Shown here piece after piece: positions 63,226 through 64,000 of a stretch of DNA of 64,000 nt. Under the pieces are notes generated by a model, which saw only the letters and a list, made by a program, of their open reading frames with translations, did not search any database and was not told where the DNA came from. The position numbers and the translations under genes were made by a program. This DNA is from Vicugna vicugna. Lineage: Eukaryota. The first letter of the stretch is position 1; each line of letters starts with the position of its first letter. The stretch covers positions 124,001-188,000 of the forward strand of contig MU058221.1 of assembly GCA_013265495.1 (NCBI GenBank), read 5' to 3'.

Positions 63226-64000
63226 AGCATACGGAGATAACCTGACATCTAGAAAATGGTACCTCTAAAACTTTCATTAATTTACTGCACTATAAAATGT
63301 TACAAAATGTCCTTTTCTATATTAAACTATTTAAATGAACTATGACCAACATACTTTAGTTGCATGTGCTCAAGGAATGAAGCAACTTTAAACCCAATTT
63401 ATACGAAAGATACAGGAGAAGAAAATTTTGAACCTATTCCCAAGTATCAGAAAAAATTCTCAGGTATTTAAAAAAAAAGAAATTAAAAGATTCTTCACGA
63501 CTACTTGCTTGGTGGCAGGAGAACCAAGCTCTCTCCTTGTATCAAACGGTGTAAGGACAATTAGACTTTTACTGTCATATTTATTCTTTTACGTATCTAA
63601 AGGTGCACACTAGATCCTGACTAGTGAAACAGAAGATGTAAATATTTAAAACAAAACAACCTATCACAGGGTTTGCCTTATTTTTCACAAAAGGTACTAT
63701 TTATAGTGAGATTAATATTATTTATTGAAAGATAACTATTAGTTGCAATAGATAATGGTTATTTAGCTGTGCTTCAGAAATGTATTTGTATCAGAAACCA
63801 TAAAAATATACCTAACTTTTACTGAAGTTAACCTTCCCTGGAAATTTATCTTAAGAACAGTTTAAATGACTTATAGGAACAAAATGTTCATTATCATGGC
63901 ATTATTTATAATAGACAAATTTAGAAATCAAAATGTCTAAAACAGAACTACTTAAATAAATATCAACTATATAGATGAATGAAATATTACTATGATTATT

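Noticed and set aside
61427..64000. GCFC2 exon 5
   Set aside because: No sequence encoding the expected upstream peptide was found; it presumably lies beyond the window end

Overview
Mammalian genomic DNA, most likely camelid, judging from tRNA-Ala-derived Vic-1-type SINEs and the L1 tails. It covers the convergent MRPL19/GCFC2 locus. MRPL19 is complete on + (6 coding exons, 14782-21368, 879 nt = 292 aa + stop, all introns GT-AG, CpG-island promoter with a ZNF143/THAP11-type motif). The last 12 coding exons of GCFC2 (C2orf3) lie on - (61426 down to the stop at 37031, frame intact); its 5' exons are beyond the window. The rest is mostly transposon-derived: a dense cluster of ERV solo LTRs upstream of MRPL19, L1/L2/MIR remnants, hAT and Tigger MITEs, and SINEs. 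I found no evidence of a previously undescribed biological system. The most interesting items are instances of known phenomena: a tailless U2 retrocopy with a clean TSD, a U6/LINE chimeric retrocopy, an orphan CpG patch with an inverted ETS pair next to a CTCF-like site, nested and inverted LTR pairs, a possible L1-derived intronic polyA site in GCFC2, and CpG-rich patches inside ancient L2 sequence. Repeat family names and gene identities come from recall of consensus and orthologue sequences, not from a database search.
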